Shown here one piece after another: positions 1 to 10,595 of a stretch of 34,498 bases of DNA. The notes beneath the pieces were generated by a model. That model was not told where the DNA came from. It was given only the letters and a program-made list of their open reading frames with translations, and made no database searches. This DNA comes from Candidatus Micrarchaeota archaeon (GTDB lineage: Archaea > Micrarchaeota > Micrarchaeia > Norongarragalinales > Norongarragalinaceae), in assembly GCA_037444485.1 (NCBI GenBank), contig JBBIMI010000009.1:1-34498 (forward strand). Direction: 5' to 3'. A program made the position numbers and the translations under genes. The number at the start of each line of letters is the position of its first letter. Position 1 is the stretch's first letter.

Positions 1-1745
1 CCTAAGTCGTTTACTACTCTATCCCAAATACTGTACGCGCTCTCGCCGTGAATGGTTCCCATGACGACGTTGCCGACTGCTCCAATGCGCATTGCTTCGT
101 AAAGCGCCTTGGCTTCAGTCGAACGCACTTCGCCCACTATCAACACCGAATCGCCTAGACGCAGGGCGGTGCGCAGCGCGTCTTCAGCGCTGACTTCAGT
201 CTCGCTTATTCCGCCGAGAGGCGGACGCGTTTTCAAGCGCTGGATGTTGAAGCCGAGTTTCTTTAATGCTGGAACAGGGATTTCCTGCGTGTCTTCTTGA
301 ACGATGATCCTCAAATTCTGCGGAATTTCGAGCATCATGCTTTGCAGCATGCTCGTTTTTCCCGAACCGCGCGAGCCTACTATAAGCATGCTCGCCTGCG
401 CGTCCACGAAGTAGGAAAGCAATCCAGCTGTGAAAGCGTCGAACATTTTCACGTCAACGAACTGCGGAAGCGTCCACGGCGTGTCCTTGTGCAAACGCAG
501 CGCGAACGCTATGCCGTCAATCGCAAGCGGCTTGCCGATTACTGCAATGCGAGTCTGCAAGTCCGGCAAGTCGAAGTCGAGGATAGGGTGCGCCTCGTCG
601 AAAGGCCGCCCGCTCAACGCGCGGAAGCGTGACACGACGCTCCGCGCTTCCTCCTCGCTGAAAATCACGTTCGACTGGCATTGCCCGTACTTTGAGTGCA
701 CTACGTAAACCGGTTTTTCGCCCAGCGGCGAGTCAATGTAAACGTCCGTCAACTGCCTGTCACTCAAAAAGAGCTCGAGAATTCCATAACCAATCGTGTA
801 ACGCGAGACGATGGTGGCGAGGTCCTCTTTTTCTTCAACGCTCAAGTCGATTCTGTTCTTGAGCGCGAGGTCTGCAATCGTTGCCACGTAAATTTTCTTG
901 AAGTACTTGCGCGCCTGCGCGATGTTCATGAATTCCACGTGCTCCGGCCTGTGCGCCGCCACCACTTCCTTCGTTTTCTCGAGCAGGAAATACTTTTCGG
1001 GCGGAAGTGAATACTCGGGCGGGTTGATGAAGTACAAAAACTCGACGCGGTCGGGATGCTTGTAAATGTATACCTTGCTGCCCATTACGTCGTACTGGTC
1101 CACGAGCTCGAGTCCCTCGGCGCCGGTAAAGAAAATGCGTGAACCAATGAAAGATGGTTTTATTGCTACTTCAAAAAAAGAGTGGTAAATGGTCCTGCCA
1201 GCCGGAATCTCGCCGAGTTGCGTCAAGTACGCCTTCATTCTTTGAATCAAGCCGAGTTTTTCGAATTGCTCGCGCATGTACTGCAGCGTGTTCAAGTAAA
1301 CTTTTTCGTCTTCCTGCGCTTCAGGACTCAACGCTGGGAGCTTCGCGACTTCACCCTTGATTTCTCGAAGCAGCATCAAGTAAGCCTTGAAAGGGTCGCC
1401 GTGCATCGTGTTCAAGATAGTTAACACTGCGTCATGCCGTTGCGCGAGCAACCGCGAGTCAGTAGTCTTGCCGATGTGCGAGGGCGACCAAACAGCGTCG
1501 ATTTCAAAACGCGTGATAGCGTCAGCGACTTCCTTCAACCAACGCGTTTGCTCGGCACTATAAATGCGTTCGTAGTACTCGCTTAACACGACTTCGTCTG
1601 CATCGACTTCCATCAGCTTGTCGACGACGTCCCGCATCGCTTGCTCGTACAACGCGATATCTGCGCCGTACGGCGCGCCACGCAAGTCGATCACGAGAAT
1701 GCGTTTGCCGCCTTCCTGTCGAACCACGCTTTGACCGTAAGCCAT
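1..1745 (-). CDS. Type II/IV secretion system (VirB11/TadA/FlaI-like) ATPase, large N-terminal region; 3' end lies outside the window
   Basis: Not in the ORF track; translated by hand from ATG 1745 (MAYGQSVVRQEGGKR...). Contains Walker A GSRGSGKT, Asp-box QEDTQE, LRTALRLGDSVLIVGEVR (Walker B) and His-box MGTIHG. Frame is open to position 1. Confidence 0.9.
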   Translation of the reverse strand, partial: MAYGQSVVRQEGGKRILVIDLRGAPYGADIALYEQAMRDVVDKLMEVDADEVVLSEYYERIYSAEQTRWLKEVADAITRFEIDAVWSPSHIGKTTDSRLLAQRHDAVLTILNTMHGDPFKAYLMLLREIKGEVAKLPALSPEAQEDEKVYLNTLQYMREQFEKLGLIQRMKAYLTQLGEIPAGRTIYHSFFEVAIKPSFIGSRIFFTGAEGLELVDQYDVMGSKVYIYKHPDRVEFLYFINPPEYSLPPEKYFLLEKTKEVVAAHRPEHVEFMNIAQARKYFKKIYVATIADLALKNRIDLSVEEKEDLATIVSRYTIGYGILELFLSDRQLTDVYIDSPLGEKPVYVVHSKYGQCQSNVIFSEEEARSVVSRFRALSGRPFDEAHPILDFDLPDLQTRIAVIGKPLAIDGIAFALRLHKDTPWTLPQFVDVKMFDAFTAGLLSYFVDAQASMLIVGSRGSGKTSMLQSMMLEIPQNLRIIVQEDTQEIPVPALKKLGFNIQRLKTRPPLGGISETEVSAEDALRTALRLGDSVLIVGEVRSTEAKALYEAMRIGAVGNVVMGTIHGESAYSIWDRVVNDL

Positions 1746-1758
1746 GCGTCAATCATTA

Positions 1759-1809
1759 CTCCTAAAACATTGCTCCTAAAATATTGCTCCTAAAATATTG
1801 CTCCTAAAA
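1759..1809. repeat. 14-bp tandem repeat (CTCCTAAAAYATTG) x3.6
   Basis: Read directly. Each copy carries SD-like AGGAG on the minus strand just upstream of the ATPase start. Confidence 0.9.
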
Positions 1810-1932
1810 AAACTCTAAAATTATTCCAAAAAAAATTATTTTAAGAATTACTTTGAAATTATTCTAAAATTACTCTAAAAGAAAAAGCAAAACTAGATTT
1901 TAAAACGATTGCTTGCATAAAAAAACGGTTTT

Positions 1933-2362
1933 TTAATGAAGTGTTTTCTCTAAGAGTTTGCTTAACTCGGGAATGAAGCTAGTCGCGAAAGCCAGCGCCT
2001 CCATGCAGGTTTCGGACGTGATTTCTTCGGCGCCGTAAACGCACTTGTTCCGCAGTTTCTTGAAGCGGTCGAACGAAGAAAGCAAATGCGCAGGTATGGA
2101 ATAAAATTTTTTCAAGAAGGCTATCACAGCTTCGTGCGAGTAAGGCTTGAATCCTTTCGCCGCCATTAGCGCTTTGGCTCGCTTCCCGCACCGCTTCGTA
2201 CGCATCTTCGAAAACGAATGCCGCGGTTGCCTTGTCCACGCGTTGCTGCTTGACGTAAGCGAGTCTCTCCAAAGCGCGGTTCATCAACGTTCTGGCCGTG
2301 CTCGCGTCAGGCAATTCTTTCCTTACGAGGTTTTCCCGCAAGTAGTAATCGAATTCTTCCAC
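1933..2362 (-). pseudogene. HEPN-domain protein (toxin of MNT-HEPN pair), frameshifted
   Basis: The N-half (MEEFDYYL...FEDAYEAVREASQ) and C-half (ALMAAKGFKPYSHEAVIAFL...LRNKCVY) are in different frames. Removing one T of TTT at 2173-2175 gives a continuous 142-aa HEPN-like protein. Confidence 0.8.
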
Positions 2363-2371
2363 TTTACTTCT

Positions 2372-2893
2372 TTACTTTAATAGCCTCAAGTAGCCCGACA
2401 AGACGATGCCGTTGCTCAAGTTATTCAGAAACTCTTTGGAACACTTGTTCAAGCTTATCTCGTGCAATACTATCTTTCGATGTAAATTCTTTTCAAAAGT
2501 TTTAAAGTCAAGCTTTTTTTCGAGACTAGTGATTACCGCCAAGTCGACATCGCTGTCCGACAAGTCTTCACCCCTCGAGAAACTGCCGAAAACTACGATT
2601 GCTTCAGGTTCTTCAAAAGTTTTTTCAAGAAAGTCGACGAGTCCGCACTCGTACAGCGAAAGCAGGTTATGAAAACGCTTCAAGATGATGAATTCCTTCG
2701 AGCGTTTAGCTGAAAACTAGGTTATGACCTTCGTCTTCTCGACTTCAAGCAAGTTTTTTTTACGGAGTTTTTCAACGATTTTCATTACGCCCGGCGCGGA
2801 GAAGCCCGTGAGCCGGGCTATTTCGCGCAAGTGAAACTTTTTTTCGGGAAACGCGAAGAAAAGTTCGAGAACCCCGTTAACCATCGTTAACAT
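2372..2893 (-). pseudogene. HTH + minimal nucleotidyltransferase (MNT antitoxin) with internal in-frame TAG
   Basis: The N-terminal HTH (FHLREIARLTGFSAPGVMKIVEKL) is in frame with the MNT motif FGSFSRGEDLSDSDVDLAV but separated from it by TAG at 2717-2719. Start is ATG 2893 or 2884. Confidence 0.82.
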
Positions 2894-2931
2894 ATGTAAG
2901 TTTCACTTAACGACTGTTGTTTAAAGTTAAC
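2876..2931. promoter_or_regulatory. Candidate operator: three GTTAAC palindromes around the MNT start and promoter
   Basis: GTTAAC at 2876-2881, 2886-2891 and 2926-2931. TA antitoxins with an HTH typically autoregulate; the operator role is inferred. Confidence 0.4.
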
Positions 2932-2955
2932 GGTTAAAGAAGGCGGGAAAGCGGT

Positions 2956-5847
2956 TTATTCCAGCACTACCGCCGGCTTGCCCGGCATCGCGCGCGAAGC
3001 GCGGGGGCTCGCGCTTTCCTCTTCGCGTTCAACCACCACTTCAAGCTCGAGTTGTTTGGACAAAAATTGTTTTGAAGCGTTCAACACCTCGAACTCGCTT
3101 AACTCCAGTGCTTGAGGCCGAGCGCGCAATTCGAAGAAGCGTTTCTCGAGCCATGCTTTGAGCTTCGCGTCACCAGGCTTGGAGCGCAGTTCCGCCACAG
3201 AAGCGCTTTCCTCCAACAATTCGCGCGCCTGCTGCATTTTCGCGCGCGAGGCCACGACGAGCGTCGCGCGAGTTGGCGCCGCCTGCTTGGCTTTCAGCAG
3301 CTTGCATAGAGCGCGAACGTCTGAAGCGACAGCCTCCACGTACTCTTCCGCTGCCTCGGCTTCCGGGTTGATGAACTCTTTTCTCGCGGCAGGCCAACGC
3401 GAGAGCGATGCAAAAGGCTGCTGGCCGGCGCGAGCCCACAATTCTTCGCACGCGTGCGGCACGAGAGGCGTGAGCAAAGCAATCCACCGCAAAGCGGTTT
3501 CGCGCGCGACGAGTGCTTGCTCTCCTTGGCTCGCGCGTTCGAGAAAGCGTTCGAAAGCGTTGAGTTGCTTGTAGAAGGCGGTTTGCACGTAGTCGCGGAG
3601 GCGGAATTCTTGCAGCGCGCGCGTTGACTTGTCGAGCGTGGTTTCGAAGACGCTGACCGCCCATTGAGTGAGGGGCGTTGGTTGGGTTGGCTGGTTTTTT
3701 GTTGCTGAAACGAGTTTTTGCGCGGTCGCGATGAAGTGGTTTAGCGTGCGGCGCGTGGCTTGAATGTCTTTTTTTCTGAAGTCGAGGACGCTTGCGAAGT
3801 CGGCAGTACCAACCGCGTACAAGCGGAATAAGTCTGCGCCGTAATCTTTCGCGATCGAATCAAGCGTTACGACGTTTCCCTTGCTTTTACTCATTTTTGT
3901 TCTTTCGCTTATCACTAGGTTGTTGAGCGTGATTGCTTTAGGCCAATGCTCTTCATCGAAAATCGCTGCGTGCGCGAAAATAAAGAAACTCAAGTGGTTT
4001 TGTATGTGCGCGATGCCGGTGTGCCTCAAGTCGTTCGGGTACCAGTAAAGAAATTCTTTGCGCGCGTCTTCCAACGCTTTTTCAGGGATTCCTGTCGCGC
4101 GGCTCGCGTTCGCGAGCGGGCCTTTGCCTAGGAACACGTAGTCAAAGAATTCAGGCTTGAGTTGAGTGGGCTTGATTTCGTGCTCGCGAATTTTTTTGAT
4201 GATTGTGTAAAAAGCCATGTAAATAGTTGAGTCGCTCAAGGATTCAATAATCCATTCGTTAGCGAAAGGCAGTTGCGTGCCTAGCCCGCGCCGCCGCGCG
4301 CAAGGCCGCTTGTCTAACCACTCGAAAACGTCGTAAAACAATTTCTTGTAGTTTTCAGGAAAAACCGTCAAGCGTTTTAATGCTTCAAACGCGCGTTTCT
4401 TCCAGCCTTCTGCTTTAAAGTCGAGAAACCATTGGTCTGGAAGCACTGCTGCAACTACTTTCCCGCCGCACCTGCACTCTGCAGGCCTGCTTGTCTCAAA
4501 GTAATCAATTGCCGCGCCGCGCGCTTTGAGCCACTCAGCGATTTTGTCTTTCGCTTCACTCACCTTCAAACCAGCGAACTCGCCGCACGCTTCATTCAAA
4601 ACGCCTTCGTAAAACTCTTTCTTGTAAATTTCTTGCGTGAGTTTGTCAAGCAGCGTCTTGTCGCGCGCGTTTTTCACGCGCGCTCGCTCGCACGCGGCAA
4701 CTGCCGGCGACTCGCCTTCGCCTGAGTCAATCAAGTGAATCGGCTGGATCGCCGCGATTTCTTTCTCGAGCCAAGGCATTTTCTCGAAAAGCTTTTTGTC
4801 GCTACGCGCTTCAATAATTCCAGCCCAGTCGTAAGGCGCGTGGCTGGGCACGCTGTGCACGAAGCCGCTCGCGTTTTCAGCGTCAACGAAAGAAGCGGGC
4901 AGAATCAACACGCTCGCACCCAGCGGCGTGACTCCGCGCTTGCCTACAAAGTGCTCGCCTGAAAGTTCTTCAAGAACTTCGACGTTCTGCTGCTGGAAAA
5001 CGAGTTTTTCAGCAGCGCGCTTGCTCAAAAACCAAACCTCGCCGTTAACCCGCGCTTTAACGTAAACAGCTTTCGGGTTGACGAACAAGTTAGTGATTCC
5101 GAAAACGGTTTCCGAACGCAGCGTGGCTGAAATAATGAAACCGTCGTCGAAACGAGTTTTGATTCCCGTGAAACGCATTACTTCTACTGGGTTAATGTCA
5201 CCGTCGCGAATATCGTCTTCTCCAACCGCGTTCTTGTCGACGACGCAGTACAAGATTGGGTAAGCAGCTTGCTTTAAATAGTTTTTTTCCTTGTACTTTA
5301 AAAACTGCCATTCAATGAACTTGTTGTACTCTGGGTCGCCTGTAGTGAACTGGCGTGACAAATCAAGCGAAAAACCCATGCGTTTAAAGTCTTGAACTAG
5401 TTTCGAAGAAAAGAATTCGACGACTCGCTTGGGGTCTTTGAACGACTGCACTATTCGCTTGACTTTCCGCTGGTCTGGCTCGTAAGCACTAACGTATTCT
5501 TCGTAAAGTTTTATAGTCTCCGCGTCTCCGCCAGCGATTCTCGCGCTGACAGCAAGCACTGGAGTGCCAGTAATGTGAAACCCCATGGGCCAAAGCACGT
5601 TGAATCCTTGCATGCGTTTGAAGCGCGTGATAACGTCGCCGTTCGCGTAAGTCCTACCGTGCCCCACGTGAAGGCTTCCGGAAACGTATGGGTAAGGAAC
5701 TGTGAAGAAAAACTTTTTTTTGCCTTCCTCGACGCGCGGCTCGAAAACCTTCCGCTCGAACCACTCGCGCTGCCACTTTGCTTCAACTGCCTTAAAGTCG
5801 AAATTAAAGTCGAATTCTTGCTCAACATTTTCCTGCACGATTACCAA
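2956..5847 (-). CDS. leuS: Leucine--tRNA ligase (archaeal/eukaryal type)
   Basis: PYPYVSGSLHVGH (HIGH motif), KMSKS, IIESLSDSTIYMAFY, CP1 editing domain; 963 aa. Confidence 0.97.
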   Translation of the reverse strand: MVIVQENVEQEFDFNFDFKAVEAKWQREWFERKVFEPRVEEGKKKFFFTVPYPYVSGSLHVGHGRTYANGDVITRFKRMQGFNVLWPMGFHITGTPVLAVSARIAGGDAETIKLYEEYVSAYEPDQRKVKRIVQSFKDPKRVVEFFSSKLVQDFKRMGFSLDLSRQFTTGDPEYNKFIEWQFLKYKEKNYLKQAAYPILYCVVDKNAVGEDDIRDGDINPVEVMRFTGIKTRFDDGFIISATLRSETVFGITNLFVNPKAVYVKARVNGEVWFLSKRAAEKLVFQQQNVEVLEELSGEHFVGKRGVTPLGASVLILPASFVDAENASGFVHSVPSHAPYDWAGIIEARSDKKLFEKMPWLEKEIAAIQPIHLIDSGEGESPAVAACERARVKNARDKTLLDKLTQEIYKKEFYEGVLNEACGEFAGLKVSEAKDKIAEWLKARGAAIDYFETSRPAECRCGGKVVAAVLPDQWFLDFKAEGWKKRAFEALKRLTVFPENYKKLFYDVFEWLDKRPCARRRGLGTQLPFANEWIIESLSDSTIYMAFYTIIKKIREHEIKPTQLKPEFFDYVFLGKGPLANASRATGIPEKALEDARKEFLYWYPNDLRHTGIAHIQNHLSFFIFAHAAIFDEEHWPKAITLNNLVISERTKMSKSKGNVVTLDSIAKDYGADLFRLYAVGTADFASVLDFRKKDIQATRRTLNHFIATAQKLVSATKNQPTQPTPLTQWAVSVFETTLDKSTRALQEFRLRDYVQTAFYKQLNAFERFLERASQGEQALVARETALRWIALLTPLVPHACEELWARAGQQPFASLSRWPAARKEFINPEAEAAEEYVEAVASDVRALCKLLKAKQAAPTRATLVVASRAKMQQARELLEESASVAELRSKPGDAKLKAWLEKRFFELRARPQALELSEFEVLNASKQFLSKQLELEVVVEREEESASPRASRAMPGKPAVVLE

Positions 5848-6025
5848 CCTCTACTATAAAACGCGTTACTCTCAAGCGAAAAAACTTGCAAGCGAAAAAA
5901 CGCGTGTTACAAGAGAATTGCTTTTTACAAGCGAATTACTAGCGAATTACTTATAGTTAAACTGTTTTAATCGCTTTCGCAACCGCCTTTCACTGAAAGC
6001 CAGCTTGTGTTAAATTTTGTTAAAA

Positions 6026-7912
6026 TCATTTCAATAACAATAACGCGCTTGTGACGAGCGCGATGCTGGCTAAGAGAATGAGGGGCGCGATGATCTTCGC
6101 AACCGCGATTACTGAATTGATTGTTGCAAGGAACTCGCTTTCGCGTTCGCTGCCGAGAACGCTGAAACTTGTTTTCTTTGACGCGAAAAACGCTTCACAA
6201 TCCTCTAAATCCTTGACTGCGCGGGCTGCGGACGCTTCAACGCGCTCTAACAATGCGCGCTCTCCGGCAAGAGAAGGCAAAGGATTGTCGACCGCACTCA
6301 ACGAATTCACTGCGTGCGTGTCAGTAGTGAACAAGTCTACGAACGAGAAACCAAAACGCTTTTTCAAAAGCGCGACTAGCTTTCCGCGGAATTCAGGCAC
6401 CGCGTTATTCCCGTCAACGAGAATGATGCAGTGCTTGCGTCCCGCAATGCGGAATACTGCAACACGCAAACCCATTCCAGCGATTCCGTGCTTTACTGAA
6501 AAGCCTTCCAGCGAATCGCTTGCAACCCCTAACGCGAAACGCTTTCGCTTGTCTGGAACGCGCAGGATTTCAACAACTGTTTCGTAGTCCTCGAATGCTT
6601 TGCTGCCAGCGTAAATCTTTTCAACGCCGCCGAGACGCAGGGAATTATGCCTGTCTACAACCACGCCCTTCGCGTAACGCTTCAATAACGCGTTGTGCAA
6701 TGCGAGCCCAAGCGCGTAATCAAAGTCGTCAGTGCTTTCAGGCGCGCGTGAAACACTAGCGAAACCCGCGTCCGCGCCGCGTTCGCCGAACACGAGACTT
6801 GAAACGTTGCTCGAACCAAAGCTCGCCGACGCGAAACACGCTTTGTTAACCCAACCGCGTTCTTTCAAGCTTTTCTCTACAAGTTCGCCGGCAACACTCG
6901 CAACTTTCACGAAGTCGCTCGAATAAACCGGATTCAAGTCGTGGTTCACTAACGCGTGAAAGACGAAGGTAGGCGCGCGAAAACGCTTTTCGAGTTCTCG
7001 TGAAACAAGCGCGGGATACTCGCTGCCGCCCACGTTGCCGAAAGGACCAAAGTGAAGCGCTGGCACGACGAACAACGCCTTAAGTTTTCCGTCCGCAACG
7101 CTAACGTTTTTTCCAACGCTTTTTCCAACGCTTTTTCTGAAAGTGAAGACTGAAACCGGAATCGAAACGCTTTCACTGGTTTCATTCAATAATTGCTCGA
7201 AGTCTTTGCTCCCGCGCAAGAACTGCGCGAAATAGAGGGTAGATGCTTGCAAGGCTGAAACTCCAAGGTTACGCTTCCAAGGTGCGTTCACGATAAAAAA
7301 GAAGGCCCACAAAGCCAACAACATGATCGTTGCAGCCACGAAAAGCTTGAACAACCCCAAAACAGGGTTTTCGACAGCGAAACTCGTTTCTAAAGCAGTA
7401 AAACGCGTCCACAAAAACAAGAAACTCAAGTTAAAGAAAGGTTGAAAGAAAGACGAAACGAACGCCTTCCAACCCGCGTTGAACGCAATGAAAGAAGCTG
7501 CAAACCACAAGATAAACACTAGAGCATTCGCGACAAGCACAAACAATCCAACGTCAACGCGCGCGCCCAAAAAGTTTTCAGCAACCAGCCCAACAAAGTA
7601 AATCACGCCTGCAAGCGCTGCTGAAACAAGCGAGAGAAACGCGTTATACTTGAAGCCCTTCCCGAATTCCTTTCGCGACAAGAACGCGGTAGAAAAAACA
7701 GCTGCGAAAAGCGCTGGAAACGCGAGCAACAGAATGCCGTCAGCCCCACCGTAAAGAAAAACGCTTGCGAGCCCGCCCGGCGAGTAGAGAAAGCGAGACA
7801 AGAAGCCTGCCGCAAAGCTGACCACCAGCAAGTAAGCTACGCTCAAGCGCGGCGACGGCACCGAAAAAGAAATTCCCGCAAGCGAACTCGCCCGAAGCTT
7901 TTTATGCAACAT
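6026..7912 (-). CDS. DUF2070 family membrane protein
   Basis: Multi-TM N-terminus followed by HFGPFGNVGGS, HALVNHDLNP, VDRHNS, DGNN and TTDTH motifs, and a C-terminal TM helix. Confidence 0.85.
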   Translation of the reverse strand: MLHKKLRASSLAGISFSVPSPRLSVAYLLVVSFAAGFLSRFLYSPGGLASVFLYGGADGILLLAFPALFAAVFSTAFLSRKEFGKGFKYNAFLSLVSAALAGVIYFVGLVAENFLGARVDVGLFVLVANALVFILWFAASFIAFNAGWKAFVSSFFQPFFNLSFLFLWTRFTALETSFAVENPVLGLFKLFVAATIMLLALWAFFFIVNAPWKRNLGVSALQASTLYFAQFLRGSKDFEQLLNETSESVSIPVSVFTFRKSVGKSVGKNVSVADGKLKALFVVPALHFGPFGNVGGSEYPALVSRELEKRFRAPTFVFHALVNHDLNPVYSSDFVKVASVAGELVEKSLKERGWVNKACFASASFGSSNVSSLVFGERGADAGFASVSRAPESTDDFDYALGLALHNALLKRYAKGVVVDRHNSLRLGGVEKIYAGSKAFEDYETVVEILRVPDKRKRFALGVASDSLEGFSVKHGIAGMGLRVAVFRIAGRKHCIILVDGNNAVPEFRGKLVALLKKRFGFSFVDLFTTDTHAVNSLSAVDNPLPSLAGERALLERVEASAARAVKDLEDCEAFFASKKTSFSVLGSERESEFLATINSVIAVAKIIAPLILLASIALVTSALLLLK

Positions 7913-7914
7913 TT

Positions 7915-7992
7915 TTCATCAACCAACAACCACCAACTTCATCAACCAACAACCACCAACTTCATCAACCAACAACCACCAACTTCATCAAC
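7915..7992. repeat. 23-bp perfect tandem repeat (TTCATCAACCAACAACCACCAAC) x3.4
   Basis: Read directly; abuts the DUF2070 start codon. Confidence 0.93.
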
Positions 7993-8138
7993 TCGTTGAA
8001 CAACTAGATTAAATTAATTTCCGTCAAAATTAATTTAATGAAACACGTTAATTTAATGAGACACGAGTTTATAATCAATCAACCAACTATAACCAATCAA
8101 CCAACGCGTTAAAAAAAGAGAAAAAGGAGAAAAAGAAA

Positions 8139-8816
8139 GTGCCTAGAATATGCCCGACATGCGGAGCAAGCGAAAACGAGAAACAATTCGTAACCGCGTT
8201 CTGCATCGATTGCTTCACGAAGCAACACCAACTATTCAAAACACCGAAAAAAACCGCGTTCACGCTCTGCGCCAACTGCAAGCGGATTCGCGTCAACGGC
8301 GAGTGGCTCGCGGCGCAGCGCGGCGAAAGCGAACGCGAGTTCGAGCAACGCGTGTTAAAAGAACAAATCCTCAAGAAAACGCGTTTAGCGCACGGAGTCG
8401 AGTTGCTTCACGCGAGCGTTGAACGCCGAAAAAACCTCGCTTTCCTTCACGCGGTCTTTTCACTTGAAGGAAAACGCTTTGAAGCAAGCGCGCGAGTTCG
8501 CGTTGAAGAGGAAGGGCGCGCGTGCGAAGACTGCGCGAAGAAGGCTAGCGGTTATTACGAGGCAATTATTCAAGTTCGCGGCGAACCCCAACGCGTCGCG
8601 CGCGTTGCGCGAAGGCTCGAGCGAGCGTTGAACGCGGAAACGTTCGTTGTTGAAGCCGTCGCACGAAGGGAGGGGGTAGACTTGTTGATTGGAAGCAAGC
8701 AAGCCGCGCTTCAAGTGTTGAGTCAAGCGGGCTTGCCTTACTCGCTTTCCCACAAGCTCGTTGGCGTGAGGGAAGGAAAACGCGTGCACCGAGTCACCGC
8801 GTGCGTGCGCGTGTAA
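8139..8816 (+). CDS. NMD3 family ribosome-associated Zn-binding protein
   Basis: CPTCG, CIDC, CANC, CEDC and GYYEAIIQVRG; C-terminal KLVG..EGK.VHRVT. Confidence 0.9.
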   Translation: MPRICPTCGASENEKQFVTAFCIDCFTKQHQLFKTPKKTAFTLCANCKRIRVNGEWLAAQRGESEREFEQRVLKEQILKKTRLAHGVELLHASVERRKNLAFLHAVFSLEGKRFEASARVRVEEEGRACEDCAKKASGYYEAIIQVRGEPQRVARVARRLERALNAETFVVEAVARREGVDLLIGSKQAALQVLSQAGLPYSLSHKLVGVREGKRVHRVTACVRV

Positions 8817-8944
8817 TGCGCGCTGAATGCGCGGACTGGTCGTCACGCGCGCTTTTTTAAAACTTGAATTAAAGTAATCACGCGACTCGCTATGCGAATC
8901 GCCACGCAATTTGCTATGCGAATTCGCTATGCGACTCGTTGGAG

Positions 8945-9778
8945 TCACCCGCCTGCGCTCGAGTAATTCTCGATTCCTTTATAGAAAAACCATCGCGCGA
9001 ACAAAAACAATGCTATCGAGTAAACCGGCACTATGAGCGCGAAGAACCCCAAGTTTCTGCCGAGGAAAGCGCTTGCCGGGTAAAAACTCGCAAGACCAAC
9101 AGGCACTATGAATGAGAGAAAAACGCCGAGCACTCCAGGGAAAATGCTTATCGGGTATTGTCCGAAGCGCGTGACTTCGCGCACGTCCCACAGCAACACT
9201 TCAACTTCCACGAACCAGAACGAGAAAGAAACTAGAATCAAGAACAACGAGTACAAGCTGAGAGTCGCAAAAGCGAGAAGCGTTAGTCCAACAAACGCGT
9301 TTGTAAGTGAAGGCGTTGGAATTCCACTGAATGCGAGCGCGAGGAGGAATACTCCTGAAAGCAGGCTTCCAATGCCTGTTTCGTCCACGTTGCGAATGGA
9401 AACGTGGAACAACACGCTCAACGGCTTTGTTAAGAAGTAATCCAGTGTTCCTTTACGCACGTGCCGAGGCAAACGCATCAAATTCCAGAAGAACAAGTCA
9501 ACAAATCCCAAGCTGACAGAGAAAAACCCAGCGAGCAAACACAATTCGTAGAAACTCCAGCCTCCAACACTCACGCCGTTCGAATAAATCACGTAAAAAG
9601 TGATTGGAGTCGCCAAGGCGAAGACTGCGGTCGCGAAAACGCTTACTGCTATCGAAGCTCGGTATTCCAACCAACTCGTTACGCTTAGCTTCGCGTAGAA
9701 AAGCCACACGCTGAGATTTCGAGCGAAGCCGCTTGCTTTCAAAGAAACTAATCTCACGCCCAGCAAATCATCAACCAC
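8945..9778 (-). CDS. ABC-2 family permease (DUF990-like)
   Basis: Six TM segments; VRKGTLDYFLTKP and FGQYPISIFP motifs; ends YSSAGG. Confidence 0.88.
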   Translation of the reverse strand: MVDDLLGVRLVSLKASGFARNLSVWLFYAKLSVTSWLEYRASIAVSVFATAVFALATPITFYVIYSNGVSVGGWSFYELCLLAGFFSVSLGFVDLFFWNLMRLPRHVRKGTLDYFLTKPLSVLFHVSIRNVDETGIGSLLSGVFLLALAFSGIPTPSLTNAFVGLTLLAFATLSLYSLFLILVSFSFWFVEVEVLLWDVREVTRFGQYPISIFPGVLGVFLSFIVPVGLASFYPASAFLGRNLGFFALIVPVYSIALFLFARWFFYKGIENYSSAGG

Positions 9779-10595
9779 CGTAAACCGTAATCCGCTTTAT
9801 GGAAAAACTCCAGACGAACTTCAACAACACCGCCAAAACAATGACCCAAAACAATTGAAGCGCGAAAACCTCTAGCGAGTAATTTAGTTTACCTAAGTAA
9901 ATCATTACTGGCGTGAAAGTCGTTAAAGCGAATGGGGTGACTTCAACAACACTCCGCATAAACTCGGGGTACAAGCTTAAAGGCACTAGCGCGCCAGAAA
10001 AAATCGTGTTGAAAACCCAGAACACTTGCGTTGAAGCCCAAGGCTGCAAGTCGAAAAACGTTAGGCACGCGATTAGCGAAACCACGAGAAAGCTTATTAC
10101 AGCAGCGAAAACCACGCTAACGAAAAAACCGGCGAGCGCGAAAACGTTTGTTTGAATGAAGACGTCGAAAAAAACCTTGAATATCACTAGTAAGGGGACT
10201 ACGCGAAAGCCTATCGACACTAACGCGTTGCCGATGTTGACGAAAAAATTGTATGAGTGGAAAGACATCGGCTTCGTCAAGTACACTGAAACGTCGCCGC
10301 TCTTGATGTCTTCAGTCGAGTCGTAAAGAATTTCTGAAGCGAGAACAAAAAAAAGCAATTCCGCAACCGCGTAATACGAAAGCATTTCCTTGAATGAAAA
10401 ACCGTTAACCTCGCCGCCTGCAGCTGAAGAATAAACGTTGCTCCACAAGAACGCGATCGTAAAAAACACTAGCGGCGTGAGAATGAAGCTCGCGTAGAAC
10501 GTAAAACGGTATTCGAGCCTGTTTCTCGCCGAAATCGCGGCTACCGCGAAATACTTTTCCAAACCGCTTTTCAAAAACAAGGGAAAAAAACTCAT
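9771..10595 (-). CDS. ABC-2 family permease (DUF990-like)
   Basis: IKSGDVSVYLTKP and FSGALVPLSLYP motifs; ends ITVYGG; overlaps both neighbours (operon). Confidence 0.88.
   Translation of the reverse strand: MSFFPLFLKSGLEKYFAVAAISARNRLEYRFTFYASFILTPLVFFTIAFLWSNVYSSAAGGEVNGFSFKEMLSYYAVAELLFFVLASEILYDSTEDIKSGDVSVYLTKPMSFHSYNFFVNIGNALVSIGFRVVPLLVIFKVFFDVFIQTNVFALAGFFVSVVFAAVISFLVVSLIACLTFFDLQPWASTQVFWVFNTIFSGALVPLSLYPEFMRSVVEVTPFALTTFTPVMIYLGKLNYSLEVFALQLFWVIVLAVLLKFVWSFSIKRITVYGG

Noticed and set aside
109..1752. Short ORFs listed in the first 1.75 kb
   Set aside because: Antisense or out-of-frame shadows of the secretion ATPase.
2717..2719. TAG read-through / recoded amber codon
   Set aside because: Single instance next to a frameshifted partner; TAG terminates other ORFs (21626, 31369) and long core genes contain no internal TAG.
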